In this document: in pieces, positions 26,998-36,763 of the stretch
Layout of the letters: each line of letters opens with the position of its first letter
Numbering within the stretch: position 1 is the first letter of the stretch
DNA from: Bacteroidales bacterium
Lineage (GTDB): Bacteria > Bacteroidota > Bacteroidia > Bacteroidales > P3
Assembly (NCBI GenBank): GCA_017962665.1
Contig: JAGCUU010000001.1
Span: 245 to 64,244, forward strand
DNA: 64,000 nt
Direction: 5' to 3'
The notes under the pieces: model-generated
Database searches by the model: none
What the model saw: only the letters and a program-made list of their open reading frames with translations
Told to the model about the DNA's origin: nothing
Made by a program: the position numbers and the translations under genes

Positions 26998-27897
26998 TCA
27001 GATGCGGGTCTGCATGGCGGCAAGCATGTTGCCGTAAACATTGTTGAGTTCTGCGACCTTCTTGGCGAGAGCATCGACCTGCTCTTTGTATTCGAGCACG
27101 CCCTGGGCAGACTCAGCGAAGTTGGCGACCATGGTCTGCATGCGCTCCTGAACCTCCTTGGTGGCTTCAAGCTGCGTGGCAGAATTTTGCATCTGTAGTT
27201 CGTACATTGCGTTAATAGAAGAGAGGCTGGATGCCATCTTCTTGAGTTCGTCGACATAAGAGGTGTCTCCAGCACGCAGAGTCTGAGCCGTTTCCTGGTA
27301 AATGTTGGAGAGGCTGGTGACTGCGGCGGTGGCACTCTTGAGGCTCTCCGAATAAGAGGAAGAGGCCTCAAAGTCTTGGTTGATAGAATCAGCGGTACGT
27401 TTATATGCAACCGAGAGGTCGTTGGCAGCCTCTGCGGCAACATCCATATTGTTGACAAACTTGTCGGTAGCAGCAACAGCGGTAGTCATGTTGTTGAGTG
27501 AGCTGGTTGTGTTGGCTAGGTTTTCCATGCCTTGACCCAGTCGTTCAACAAGTTCCGGTCCTATCTTAGCTTCCGCAAGCATTCTGTCAAGCTGTTCGGT
27601 AACAGAACCATTCTGCATTTCGCGCTGTTCAGGTGTAAGATCTTCGTCACTCTTCATACCTGCAAGTTCTGGATATACTAAACTCCAGTCCCATTCGATA
27701 TGTAAAGGTTCAAAAGCTGAAAGGAAGAAGATAAGTGACTCAGTACCCATACCTAGGATAAGCATCGGGACAGCACCAGGCCAGTGGTTGATTTTGAACA
27801 GAGCGCCGATAATAACAGCCGATGCACCCCATCCATACAGTTTGCTCATGAAGTTCTTGTAACCTTTACTACGAACAAGGTTGTCTATTTTACTCAT
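26998..27897 (-). CDS. porL: T9SS motor protein PorL/GldL
   Basis: N-terminus KLYGWGASAVIIGALFKINHWPG...LILGMGTESLIFFLSAFEP (two TM helices with a conserved Glu). Confidence 0.85.
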   Translation of the reverse strand: MSKIDNLVRSKGYKNFMSKLYGWGASAVIIGALFKINHWPGAVPMLILGMGTESLIFFLSAFEPLHIEWDWSLVYPELAGMKSDEDLTPEQREMQNGSVTEQLDRMLAEAKIGPELVERLGQGMENLANTTSSLNNMTTAVAATDKFVNNMDVAAEAANDLSVAYKRTADSINQDFEASSSYSESLKSATAAVTSLSNIYQETAQTLRAGDTSYVDELKKMASSLSSINAMYELQMQNSATQLEATKEVQERMQTMVANFAESAQGVLEYKEQVDALAKKVAELNNVYGNMLAAMQTRI

Positions 27898-27980
27898 AAC
27901 TTTGAAGTTTTAATATATGTTTACTTATTTATTATAATGTATTTTATTTCTAAAATAACTTAGGCTAAACGCCTGTAGCA

Positions 27981-29375
27981 TCAATAAACGTTAGATGCAG
28001 ATTTGAGGTTGTCTCCCTTTACACGGCCAAGGTATGGCTGCACGCAACGGAAACCGATGTATGATTTAGCAGTGTCCTGATATTCATAGCTACGGGTCTG
28101 GACCTGGATGAAATATTTCTGATCTTTCCAAGAACCGCCACGTATCACCTTGCGCTTCATTGCAGGGGAATCGTCGTCCTTTGCATTGTAGTTGTAGTAA
28201 GGAGAAAGAGCATTGGCAACAACATAAGTGGTGTTGTTGTATGAGTCAAGACACCATTCCGAGACATTACCCGACATGTCATACAGACCGTAGTCGTTTG
28301 GAGCATAGTGACCAACCATAAGGGTCTTTACTCCACCATCGTCGTCGTATGCACCCTTGAGAGGCTCATAGTTAGCGAGGAAGCACCCATTGGGATTGCG
28401 GACATAAGGACCGCCCCAAGGATAGCTTTCACCGGCAATGCCGCCACGTGCTGCAAATTCCCATTCAGCCTCGGTAGGCAGACGGAAATCGTTCATCTGT
28501 GTGTAGTCTATTGACTCAAGATACTGGTTCAGATAGTTGGAACGCCAGACGCAGAATGCCTTGGCCTGTACCCAGCTGATACCGACGACAGGGTAGTTGT
28601 CGTAAGCAGGTGAGGTAAAATATTGACGAGTGAAATCCTCATTCATACTATATGTATAGTCATGTACCCAGCAGAGAGTGTCAGGATAGATATTCACAAC
28701 TTCACGTTTGATGAAATTTGAACGGTTGTTGAGGCCTTTCGGACGTGAGGCAAACATTGTACCTTTGTATTCATCCTTTACAGCCGTGGCAGTCTCTTTC
28801 TGAGATGCTCCCTGATAGACCACTTTGCCGTCCGCTTTGGTATATGCACCATAGTCAATCCAATAGTATTCATAGTTCAACTTGGCGGGGTCAATGGTGC
28901 GACGACGATAGAAGCGGTCTTTCTCAGGCAGATAGAGGTCTTCGAGGGCCTCGCGAGTCTCCTGCTCGTCCCATTCGATACGCTCTCTCTTGTTGAGAAT
29001 AGCCGGTTCAAGCGGCTCACCATACTCATCCTCTTCAATCAGGAAACCGTCAATACCAGCCTCGCCGAGCATACGACGGGCGATTGAGTCGATAACCCAA
29101 TTGACGAACTGACGGTATTCGTTGTTCGTTATTTCAGTCTCGTCCATAAAATAGGAGCCGACCTGCATAGTACGTGGTTGCGGAGGAGTACCATAAGTGG
29201 CGTTCTGCGTACCTGCTCCCATGCTGAAGTTGCCTTGGTTGATGAAAACCATGCCTTTGAGGTCGATATCCTCAAAAATAGGACGGTTCTGGACACCTAC
29301 CAGTTCGCCCTTGTCACGCGAACCGCAGCTCCATAATAAAATCGCTCCTGCGAATAAGAAAAAGAACTTTTTCAT
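27981..29375 (-). CDS. porK: T9SS outer-membrane-associated lipoprotein PorK/GldK (FGE-sulfatase/SUMF1 fold)
   Basis: Lipobox LLWSCGS and SUMF1-like blocks (RLPTEAEWEFAARGG, RGGSW). Confidence 0.85.
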   Translation of the reverse strand: MKKFFFLFAGAILLWSCGSRDKGELVGVQNRPIFEDIDLKGMVFINQGNFSMGAGTQNATYGTPPQPRTMQVGSYFMDETEITNNEYRQFVNWVIDSIARRMLGEAGIDGFLIEEDEYGEPLEPAILNKRERIEWDEQETREALEDLYLPEKDRFYRRRTIDPAKLNYEYYWIDYGAYTKADGKVVYQGASQKETATAVKDEYKGTMFASRPKGLNNRSNFIKREVVNIYPDTLCWVHDYTYSMNEDFTRQYFTSPAYDNYPVVGISWVQAKAFCVWRSNYLNQYLESIDYTQMNDFRLPTEAEWEFAARGGIAGESYPWGGPYVRNPNGCFLANYEPLKGAYDDDGGVKTLMVGHYAPNDYGLYDMSGNVSEWCLDSYNNTTYVVANALSPYYNYNAKDDDSPAMKRKVIRGGSWKDQKYFIQVQTRSYEYQDTAKSYIGFRCVQPYLGRVKGDNLKSASNVY

Positions 29376-29487
29376 ATTAATTGAAGATTTTTAATTTCAT
29401 TAACTATATTCTGTCACAAAAAGTCACAATGACTATTTTTCTGTTCTTATACGGATAAAGTATACAAATGTTTCGTTTCAACAAAAA

Positions 29488-30504
29488 TTATAACAAGTAA
29501 CGTGTGTTCTGGTAGACCGAAGGATTCTTTGGAGGAACAATAATTTTGAAGCAATAACGCAGATACGCTTCCACCGATCCAAAACTGAAACCTGACTTAT
29601 ATACACCAAGTTTGCTGGTAGTGAGGTCGTATGCCAAACCAATTTTCATCTTGTTCCAGTTGACACCGCCAAGGAAAGAAACAGCATCCTGAAAACGGTA
29701 ACTTACACCACCCCAAAAGAGGCTTTGGTATTCAAGCAGGCAGGAGGCGTCAATCTGAAATACCGAGAAGTTGGCTGTACGTACAAGCATGGAGGGCTTG
29801 AGACGAAAAGATGGATTGGAAGGTATCACATATTCGTAGCCTCCAAGGAGGTAAAGAATGCGTGAAGTCTGAAAGTTGAGCTGATCACTATGGGCTCCAA
29901 GTATATTCTTCAGCGAGAATCCCATGTAGTAAGTACCTGGCACCTGATAATAGACACCAAGTGAAGCGTCAACAAGGAAGTCGCTCACCTCCTGGTTATT
30001 CAAAGCAGGGTCGGAAGTGGTTGTAGGCATTTCGTTGATATTACCCGAGAGGTCGTCGTATCCGAAAAGACCGCCTTTACGTGTAATACTGTAGAAATTG
30101 CCCTCGATTCCGGCAGAGAGGTTTCCTGAACCCCAATAGATGCTGAAAGCATAGTCAAGCGATCCCGTTACAGTCGAGTTGTAACCAATTTTGTCAGCAA
30201 AGAGGGTCAGGCCCAATCCACCATGAAGGATCTTTACAGGTGAATCAAATGAGAACAGGTAGTCCTGCGGAATAGATCCTGCGTCACCACCCAGTGTTGG
30301 AGCATCAAGACGAAGTCCCAACCACTGTCCACGATACATGATGGAAGCACACATGGAGCCTGAACTGCCTGCGTAACCCGGGTTAACGGCAAGGCGGTTG
30401 AACATGTACTGCGAAAATTGAACTTCCTGCTGAGCATAACCAACACATGAAAATCCTAATATCAAAAGCAAAATTGATATGTTTTTTTTGATTTCGATTT
30501 TCAT
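29488..30504 (-). CDS. porP: T9SS membrane protein PorP/SprF family
   Basis: QFSQYMFNRLAVNPGYAG signature immediately after the signal peptide. The ATG at 30504 (MKIEIKKNISILLLILG) is preferred to the one at 30546. Confidence 0.8.
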   Translation of the reverse strand: MKIEIKKNISILLLILGFSCVGYAQQEVQFSQYMFNRLAVNPGYAGSSGSMCASIMYRGQWLGLRLDAPTLGGDAGSIPQDYLFSFDSPVKILHGGLGLTLFADKIGYNSTVTGSLDYAFSIYWGSGNLSAGIEGNFYSITRKGGLFGYDDLSGNINEMPTTTSDPALNNQEVSDFLVDASLGVYYQVPGTYYMGFSLKNILGAHSDQLNFQTSRILYLLGGYEYVIPSNPSFRLKPSMLVRTANFSVFQIDASCLLEYQSLFWGGVSYRFQDAVSFLGGVNWNKMKIGLAYDLTTSKLGVYKSGFSFGSVEAYLRYCFKIIVPPKNPSVYQNTRYLL

Positions 30505-30604
30505 GTTGTTTAAGTAGTTAATATTATATAACAATTTTATTTTCAATACGATGTAATCAAATACACCATGCTTGGAAAATCCAAGACACAGTATGTTTTG
30601 ACTT

Positions 30605-30612
30605 GCAAAGAT
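30605..30612 (-). promoter_or_regulatory. -7 promoter box (TATCTTTG on the minus strand) for the por operon
   Basis: Plus-strand CAAAGATA in the context TTGCAAAGATA, about 100 nt upstream of the porP ATG. Confidence 0.5.
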
Positions 30613-30712
30613 AACAAGAATAATCTATTTGGGAATGTTTTTTTTAAAAAAAATACAAAAAAACAACCAACAATAATGTTATAGCAATGATTCTCAATAA
30701 TAAAAATAAAAA

Positions 30713-31417
30713 TTATTGTGCAGAGACAATTTTTATGTCCCTAAACATCTCTCCAAGCTCTTTTTTTACCATCTCCGCCTTGCCTCGCGAGACCGAGAGT
30801 TCAAGTCTGACGATAACCTCGGAAGCGTCAGAAGATGAACGATACACCACCTTGTCTTGATAGTAGATAGGTAACTGATGTACAAGTCGTTTTGCTTCAT
30901 CCCTACTCGTACATCGAAATAGTTCCAAGTCAAAAATGCCTTGAATATTGGAAAGAGACCCCTTCTCTGCAAACTCGAGGAACCTGCCGGAGAGAAGTAT
31001 GTCTAAAATGTCATTTTGCGATTCCCAAAGAAAATGGTAGCGTGGAGGCAATACTTGGACCTGTACACTATGGGATGTCACCCCTATCTGATTCGCCGCT
31101 TTTCTGGTCATGTCAAGTATGCCGGGTTTCGGACATCGGTCATTGACACGAACAATGACCTGCTTACCATTCTTGGGATTGGTAACGAGAAGCAGGGTCC
31201 CGAATTTCAAAGAATTATGTGCGGCGGTATATTTATCTTGCACAAAAACCTCTCCACTGCTAGTCTTGCGGCCAACAAAACGGTCACTATAAAACGTACC
31301 GCGCATGGCATGTACACGTGTAGTGTCTGTCGAAGATATCTGTTGCGCCGCAACAGGGGCAGCATACATGACAAGCACGACAACAGACAAATAAATTCGG
31401 AAGAGGTATCGAATCAT
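30713..31417 (-). CDS. rlpA: Septal ring lytic transglycosylase RlpA family protein (DPBB domain plus SPOR-like C-terminus)
   Basis: GTFYSDRFVGRKTSSGEVF...TAAH..L.FGT.L.VTN..NGK.VIVRVNDRCP DPBB block. Confidence 0.8.
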   Translation of the reverse strand: MIRYLFRIYLSVVVLVMYAAPVAAQQISSTDTTRVHAMRGTFYSDRFVGRKTSSGEVFVQDKYTAAHNSLKFGTLLLVTNPKNGKQVIVRVNDRCPKPGILDMTRKAANQIGVTSHSVQVQVLPPRYHFLWESQNDILDILLSGRFLEFAEKGSLSNIQGIFDLELFRCTSRDEAKRLVHQLPIYYQDKVVYRSSSDASEVIVRLELSVSRGKAEMVKKELGEMFRDIKIVSAQ

Positions 31418-31421
31418 AGGC

Positions 31422-31940
31422 TTACCAGTTTACGGCATCAGGATGGAACCATTTGCCCTGCAATCGTAAAGTCTGCTCAATTATGTCACGGACGCACCCT
31501 TTTCCACCGTCAAAGAAGGATATATAGTCGGCTATTTCCTTTATTTCGACAGAAGCATCGGCCGGACACGCCGAAACACCGCAATGACTCATTATCTCAT
31601 AGTCCGGAATATCATCTCCCATACACACCACCTCGGTCTCTTTCAAATTATTGACATCCAGAAATTTTCTATATGTCTGCATTTTGTTTGCACAGCCGGT
31701 GTAAATCTGAGTAACGCCCAACGATTCCATACGGTTATTGATACTCATCGAGGTGGCGCCGGATATCACAGCCACAATATAACCTTTTTTTACCGCATAC
31801 TGGATAGCATAGCCGTCCTTGATGTTGCCGCATCTCACCGTTTCACGGTCGGCATACATCCATACGCTCCCATCTGTCATCACACCATCAAAATCAAAAA
31901 CAAAAGCTTTGATATCATGAAGTTTAGCCTTATAATTCAT
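31422..31940 (-). CDS. kdsC: 3-deoxy-D-manno-octulosonate 8-phosphate phosphatase (HAD-IIIA, KdsC)
   Basis: FDFDGVMTDG motif and the GDD..D block (MGDDIPDYE), about 170 aa. Confidence 0.8.
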   Translation of the reverse strand: MNYKAKLHDIKAFVFDFDGVMTDGSVWMYADRETVRCGNIKDGYAIQYAVKKGYIVAVISGATSMSINNRMESLGVTQIYTGCANKMQTYRKFLDVNNLKETEVVCMGDDIPDYEIMSHCGVSACPADASVEIKEIADYISFFDGGKGCVRDIIEQTLRLQGKWFHPDAVNW

Positions 31941-31958
31941 ACATTCTTGTTTTTAAGT

Positions 31959-33296
31959 TTAACTGACTTCTCTCGCCTTTCTGGCAGCATCGGCATATTC
32001 CAAAACCCGTTCATAGAGTCCGCGCCACCCCTTCCAACCAAAGTCTTCACAAAGACTTTGGTTGTGCCATAGCAACGAGAGTGTGCAGCCGACATTCTTC
32101 ACCTCGTCAATCAGCTGACGGTAACGGCTCTCGGCCTCCGCAATGGAACTCTTCTTATAGTAATAGAATGTCGAATCCATGGCAACGAACGGGTGTATAG
32201 TGAGCGGCGTCTCGCTATCGCTTTCCAAATCAAAAAATGGATACGGGGTTCCTGTGCCCGCACGGAAGCCTGGCTCATCGGCATATCCCATGGTATAGTC
32301 GTGCAAAATGCCATTATCGATAAGCGCCGTATATGTCGACGGCAATTTCAAACGCAAGAAATGGCCTCTGTTTCTGACAGTTTTTCGATGCAACAGCGAG
32401 GCCAGGCGTTCATTCTCGACGGCAATCAGTTTAGGATCGTCTGCAGAGGCATAAGAAGCATGAAGTCCCATTTTGGCATAGTCCGACAAATGTTGGAGCA
32501 ACTGGCGAAACTCGGTATTCTGGTATGAAATTGGCTTGTCATACACGTTGTAGTCTGCCATCAAAGGGAAAAATTTAAGTCTCATCCCTGTATAGCGACT
32601 ATGAACATCAATGATATAATCAAAATTGTCGAATGGATCGGGAGCCTTGTGCATTAACACCTTAAGACGTTTGCATACCTCTCCGCGACGATCACGGCTG
32701 AAAAGATCACGGCAGATTCCGACGACGGTACGGGCTAACCCTTTATGCTTATAGCAATATGCCGCATCGATATCCACAGAATCTTCAATATCCATATTAC
32801 GCTGAGGGAATATTTGCTCCGGAAAGCGCGTCTTGATTTTTTTCGCAAGCATTAACGCCCAACGGTCAACAACGGCAGTATGGAGGAAATGGTATTTGTA
32901 TGCCAGACTCTCCGTGGCAGGGAACCGTCCATGAATGTCGGTAAAATGGGGAAGGTACTCTTCGTAACGTGAAAGGCAGTAAAAAGAGGCTGCAAAAATA
33001 TCAAACGGAAAGTCACTGTTCTGATTATGCACAGGGAATAGCGCTACCGTATCACCATAGTCAAAGCAACGCGGAGACTGCTCCTCAATTGTAGTTTTAA
33101 AAAGCAGGTCGCATGAGCGAACGAACAGGGCATCGTCCAGCTTCTGATGCCCATAGCAGAGCTTGGGACCCTCGTGGCGGCGGAAGATGTCAATGTCTGC
33201 GGTAATTTCGAAATCTATCTTGAGGATATGACGAAAAATGACATTGAGCGTGTATCCCAGCCGGTTTGTCATTCGCGGAACATGGATGAGCAACAT
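31959..33296 (-). CDS. Conserved hypothetical protein, polysaccharide deacetylase-like
   Basis: Long ORF. The ATG at 33296 (MLLIHVPRMTNRLGYTL) is preferred to the TTG at 33380. The family call is from general resemblance only. Confidence 0.45.
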   Translation of the reverse strand: MLLIHVPRMTNRLGYTLNVIFRHILKIDFEITADIDIFRRHEGPKLCYGHQKLDDALFVRSCDLLFKTTIEEQSPRCFDYGDTVALFPVHNQNSDFPFDIFAASFYCLSRYEEYLPHFTDIHGRFPATESLAYKYHFLHTAVVDRWALMLAKKIKTRFPEQIFPQRNMDIEDSVDIDAAYCYKHKGLARTVVGICRDLFSRDRRGEVCKRLKVLMHKAPDPFDNFDYIIDVHSRYTGMRLKFFPLMADYNVYDKPISYQNTEFRQLLQHLSDYAKMGLHASYASADDPKLIAVENERLASLLHRKTVRNRGHFLRLKLPSTYTALIDNGILHDYTMGYADEPGFRAGTGTPYPFFDLESDSETPLTIHPFVAMDSTFYYYKKSSIAEAESRYRQLIDEVKNVGCTLSLLWHNQSLCEDFGWKGWRGLYERVLEYADAARKAREVS

Positions 33297-33415
33297 AGGC
33301 TTTTTTCGCTTCAAATGAAAGTGCAAAGGTACGACTTTTTTTTGAAACCACCCAAACCTGACCGCTTTTTCAAGTAACAAAAAACACCAATACTTTATTT
33401 ACCAACCATTTCGCA

Positions 33416-34330
33416 TCAGAAACTTATCATAAGCTCATTTTCAGAAATTCTGACATTGGTTTCTATTCCGAGTGGCATGGCCATATTCTTTTCTTTGATA
33501 TGTCCTATTGGACAATGATAGGCAACAGGATAGCTATATTCAGCCACTGCATCTCTTACGATCTGCTCTGCAGAACGGCCAAATGGAATGACATTATCAT
33601 GCATATCGCTCATAGCACCAACAAGCAAACCCTTAAGATGTTTGAACTTACCAGCGCGATACAATGCCATAACCATACGGTCCACATGGTATAGATACTC
33701 ATCAAGGTCCTCTATTAAAAGTATTTTGCCGTCAGTATCTATATCTGATTGTGAGCCGAGCAGGCTGTAGAGGACAGACAAATTGCCTCCCACGACAGGG
33801 GCGGTACATTCCCCTACCCTGTTCGCCACCTCACACGATGAGAGAGGGTATATTTGAACCAGATGGTCATTGAAAAGGCAGAGCCGCATGCTTTCCGATG
33901 CCAACGATGGATTGCCATTGATATCCAACGGCATCGTGGCATGCAATGTGGGAATGTTGAAATTACGCTCAATGTGGCTGTGCAACACTGTGATATCGCT
34001 ATACCCAACAATCCATTTCGGATTCTGTGAAAAACCGCTGAAATCCAGACGGTCGACAATACGCACAGTACCATAACCACCACGAGCACAAAAGATGGCC
34101 TTCACAGCTCTATTGTCCAGTAAACGTTGCATCACCTCGGCTCGCTGCACATCAGTTCCTGCAAACTGATTGTATTCCTGATAAATGCCATTGTCGACAA
34201 GAACATTTAGTCCCCATGACTCTAACATTTTTATTGCAGGCAAAACCTCATCAGGGGTAACCTTGCGGGCAGGAGCAGCAATGGTCACAAGATCGCCCAC
34301 CTTAAGGGGCATTGGCTTTTTCATATTCAT
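33416..34330 (-). CDS. ldcA: LD-carboxypeptidase (peptidase S66, LdcA-like)
   Basis: GDLVTIAAPA, RGGYG and GYSDITVLH (nucleophile Ser) blocks. Confidence 0.8.
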   Translation of the reverse strand: MNMKKPMPLKVGDLVTIAAPARKVTPDEVLPAIKMLESWGLNVLVDNGIYQEYNQFAGTDVQRAEVMQRLLDNRAVKAIFCARGGYGTVRIVDRLDFSGFSQNPKWIVGYSDITVLHSHIERNFNIPTLHATMPLDINGNPSLASESMRLCLFNDHLVQIYPLSSCEVANRVGECTAPVVGGNLSVLYSLLGSQSDIDTDGKILLIEDLDEYLYHVDRMVMALYRAGKFKHLKGLLVGAMSDMHDNVIPFGRSAEQIVRDAVAEYSYPVAYHCPIGHIKEKNMAMPLGIETNVRISENELMISF

Positions 34331-34457
34331 AACAGTATATTAACGATTGTTTTTGCATTTTTATTATTCTATGCAACAAACCATTCTTATTCAACAACTT
34401 TTGTCCTGATTTGCAAAAAAACCGACAAAAGGATGATGTCATATTTCAGAAAAATCG

Positions 34458-34465
34458 TAAATTTG
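34458..34465 (+). promoter_or_regulatory. -7 promoter box (TAAATTTG)
   Basis: Exact TAnnTTTG match 55 nt upstream of the 34520 ATG. Confidence 0.5.
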
Positions 34466-34519
34466 CATTTTCAAATTGTCTAAAAAACACCATCATAAAA
34501 TCTTTAAAACAATAGCAAA

Positions 34520-34861
34520 ATGACTATCCGAGAAATAGTTAGACTCCTCAATGCAACCGTATGTATAGGTGAAAACCGACTGGACGAAGAGGTGGAGCAC
34601 GCTTTTGCATCCGACCTTATGAGCGATGTGCTGACTCTGAAAGACACCCCAATGCTCATCACCGGACTATGCAACGTACAGACCATACGCACATGCGACA
34701 TGGCAACGCTTGATATCATTGTTGTCGTTAGAAACAAAAAAGTCACAGAGGACATGCTTGAACTTGCCGAAGACAACGATATGGTAATATTGAGTTGTGC
34801 CTACTCCATGTTCAAAGTATGCGGATTGCTATACCAAGCCGGAATAAAGCCTCTCTTCTAA
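34520..34861 (+). CDS. DRTGG domain-containing protein
   Basis: 113 aa with blocks ASDLMSDVLT, LITGLCNVQTIRT and GLLYQAG, typical of stand-alone DRTGG proteins. Confidence 0.65.
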   Translation: MTIREIVRLLNATVCIGENRLDEEVEHAFASDLMSDVLTLKDTPMLITGLCNVQTIRTCDMATLDIIVVVRNKKVTEDMLELAEDNDMVILSCAYSMFKVCGLLYQAGIKPLF

Positions 34862-34907
34862 CACCCTTAGGAACTTTGTCCAACACAAACACACCAATCA
34901 AATAGCG

Positions 34908-35318
34908 ATGCATCAAGAATACACAGTGATAGAAGGCGATTTCGTAAATGCAGGGAAAGCCTCCAGTTCAGTTAAAAAGACTTTAAAGCAACTTAATGTC
35001 GATCCAACAATAGTAAAACGCGTTGTCGTGGCCCTTTACGAAGCGGAAGTCAACGCCATTGCCCATGCCTACGGCGGCAAGGTCCTCGTAGACATCGAAT
35101 CGGATAAAATCAAGATGGTTGTTGCCGACAAAGGTCCCGGCATCCCCGACATTGCCCTTGCCATGCAGGAAGGCTACTCCACCGCACGCCCCGAAGTGCG
35201 CGACATGGGTTTCGGAGCTGGTATGGGTCTTCCCAATATGCAGAAAAACGTCGACAAACTTAACGTAACTTCTGAAGTGGGTGTCGGAACCACAGTAGAA
35301 ATGGAGGTAAATTTCTAA
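34908..35318 (+). CDS. GHKL-type ATP-binding protein (anti-sigma-factor-like Ser/Thr kinase fold)
   Basis: N box EAEVNAIAHA, G1 box DKGPGIPD and G2 box GFGAGMGLPNM in a 136-aa protein. Confidence 0.8.
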   Translation: MHQEYTVIEGDFVNAGKASSSVKKTLKQLNVDPTIVKRVVVALYEAEVNAIAHAYGGKVLVDIESDKIKMVVADKGPGIPDIALAMQEGYSTARPEVRDMGFGAGMGLPNMQKNVDKLNVTSEVGVGTTVEMEVNF

Positions 35319-35357
35319 CATCACCATCTAATCCTTCAAACAACAAACATTACCCCC

Positions 35358-36710
35358 ATGTTCGTTCACGCACTGAAAATTGACGAAAAGAAATGCATAG
35401 GCTGTATGCGCTGCATGAAGGCATGTCCCACCGAGGCCATTCGAATCACCGGCGGCAAAGCCTACATCCAAGAACATCGCTGCATAGACTGCGGCAAATG
35501 TCATGAATCATGTCCTGTAAAAGCCATCTATATCAACCAGGATGACTTTGCAATGGTACATGAATTTCCCCACTCTGTAGCTCTAATACCCTCCGTATTC
35601 CTCGGTCAGTTTCCAGAAGATATACGTGTCTCAAGAATATACGCCGCCCTCTTGGATTTAGGATTCAGACATGTCTTCGAAGTAGAATCGGCTGCCAACA
35701 TCTACGCTGAAGCCAAAGAAGTGTACGCTCGCGAGAACCCCGACGTGAGACCTCTAATATCCAGTTTCTGCCCTGCTATTGTCAGACTTATACAGATAAA
35801 ATATCCATCACTGGTAGAAAACATTACGCCCATAAAGGCTCCGCTTGACATATCGGCTATTTACTGCCTTCAGGAGCTACAGAACCGAGGCATTCCTCGC
35901 GAAGAGATAGGACTTTTCTATGTCACACCATGTGCTGCAAAGATAGCTGCCGTCAAAGCCCCTATCGGAGAAAAACGTTCCATCATCGACGGCGTCATCA
36001 ACATGGACTCTCTTTTCAACCGCACATATCGCAAAATCAAGGAGCAAGGCAAAAACTACATACCGAAGCAAGGACGTACCATAAACCTCTCAAGCGATGC
36101 CATTCTAAGCACTCTGACCAATGGCGAACGACGTATCTGCCTGGCAAAGAAATCATACTCCATCGATGGCATACAAAATGTCATGGACTTTCTTGACAAA
36201 TTGGAAAACGACGAAGTGGAGGATGTTGAATTCCTCGAACTGAGAGCCTGCGACCAAAGCTGCGCAGGAGCTTTGCTTAGCTATGAAAACCGATTCTTGT
36301 GTGGCGCCCGCATGTATTCACGCGCAAAAAAAGCCGCCGAACGCGAACGCAACGGAGAGGTACCACGCGAGCGTGAGATGGACAGCATGAAAGAATACCT
36401 TCTGGCAAACTGCCGCGTCGAAGCTCCGCAGCCTCGATCAATGTTCATACTTGACAAAGACCGCAAAAAGGCTTTCGAAAAAATGGAACGCATAAACAAA
36501 CTGAAAGCCACCCTGCCACAAATTGACTGCGGATTATGCGGCGCACCCTCCTGCGAGTCTTTCGCCGCCGACGTGGTAATAAACCGCATCGGCATGTCAC
36601 GCTGCATCTTCTATCAACGCCATCTCGAACGGAAAGACGACATCACCCGACAAGAATGCATCGCCGCAATGAACGCTGTATGGGGCAGCGACCGCATGAA
36701 AGAGAACTAA
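35358..36710 (+). CDS. [FeFe]-hydrogenase-like iron-sulfur protein (2x[4Fe-4S] ferredoxin domain + Fe-hydrogenase large-subunit C-terminal domain + RnfB-type Fe-S domain)
   Basis: CIGCMRCMKACP and CIDCGKCHESCP. H-cluster-like motifs SSFCPA, TPCAAK and ELRACDQSCAG. C-terminal CGLCGAPSCESF...C. Confidence 0.75.
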   Translation: MFVHALKIDEKKCIGCMRCMKACPTEAIRITGGKAYIQEHRCIDCGKCHESCPVKAIYINQDDFAMVHEFPHSVALIPSVFLGQFPEDIRVSRIYAALLDLGFRHVFEVESAANIYAEAKEVYARENPDVRPLISSFCPAIVRLIQIKYPSLVENITPIKAPLDISAIYCLQELQNRGIPREEIGLFYVTPCAAKIAAVKAPIGEKRSIIDGVINMDSLFNRTYRKIKEQGKNYIPKQGRTINLSSDAILSTLTNGERRICLAKKSYSIDGIQNVMDFLDKLENDEVEDVEFLELRACDQSCAGALLSYENRFLCGARMYSRAKKAAERERNGEVPREREMDSMKEYLLANCRVEAPQPRSMFILDKDRKKAFEKMERINKLKATLPQIDCGLCGAPSCESFAADVVINRIGMSRCIFYQRHLERKDDITRQECIAAMNAVWGSDRMKEN

Positions 36711-36763
36711 TCCACCACATTAAAATGAGCCTACACTTCTAATATTTAACACAAATCAAAAAA

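Noticed and set aside
26961-27476. 171-aa alternative-frame ORF inside porL (Pro/Ser/Arg-rich)
   Set aside because: It is a same-strand overlapping frame within a conserved gene, and its composition is typical of an off-frame translation.
34398-34431. 8-bp inverted repeat CTTTTGTC / GACAAAAG (18-nt spacer) in the ldcA/DRTGG divergent spacer
   Set aside because: It is too short to distinguish from chance in an A+T-rich spacer. It is a possible operator only.
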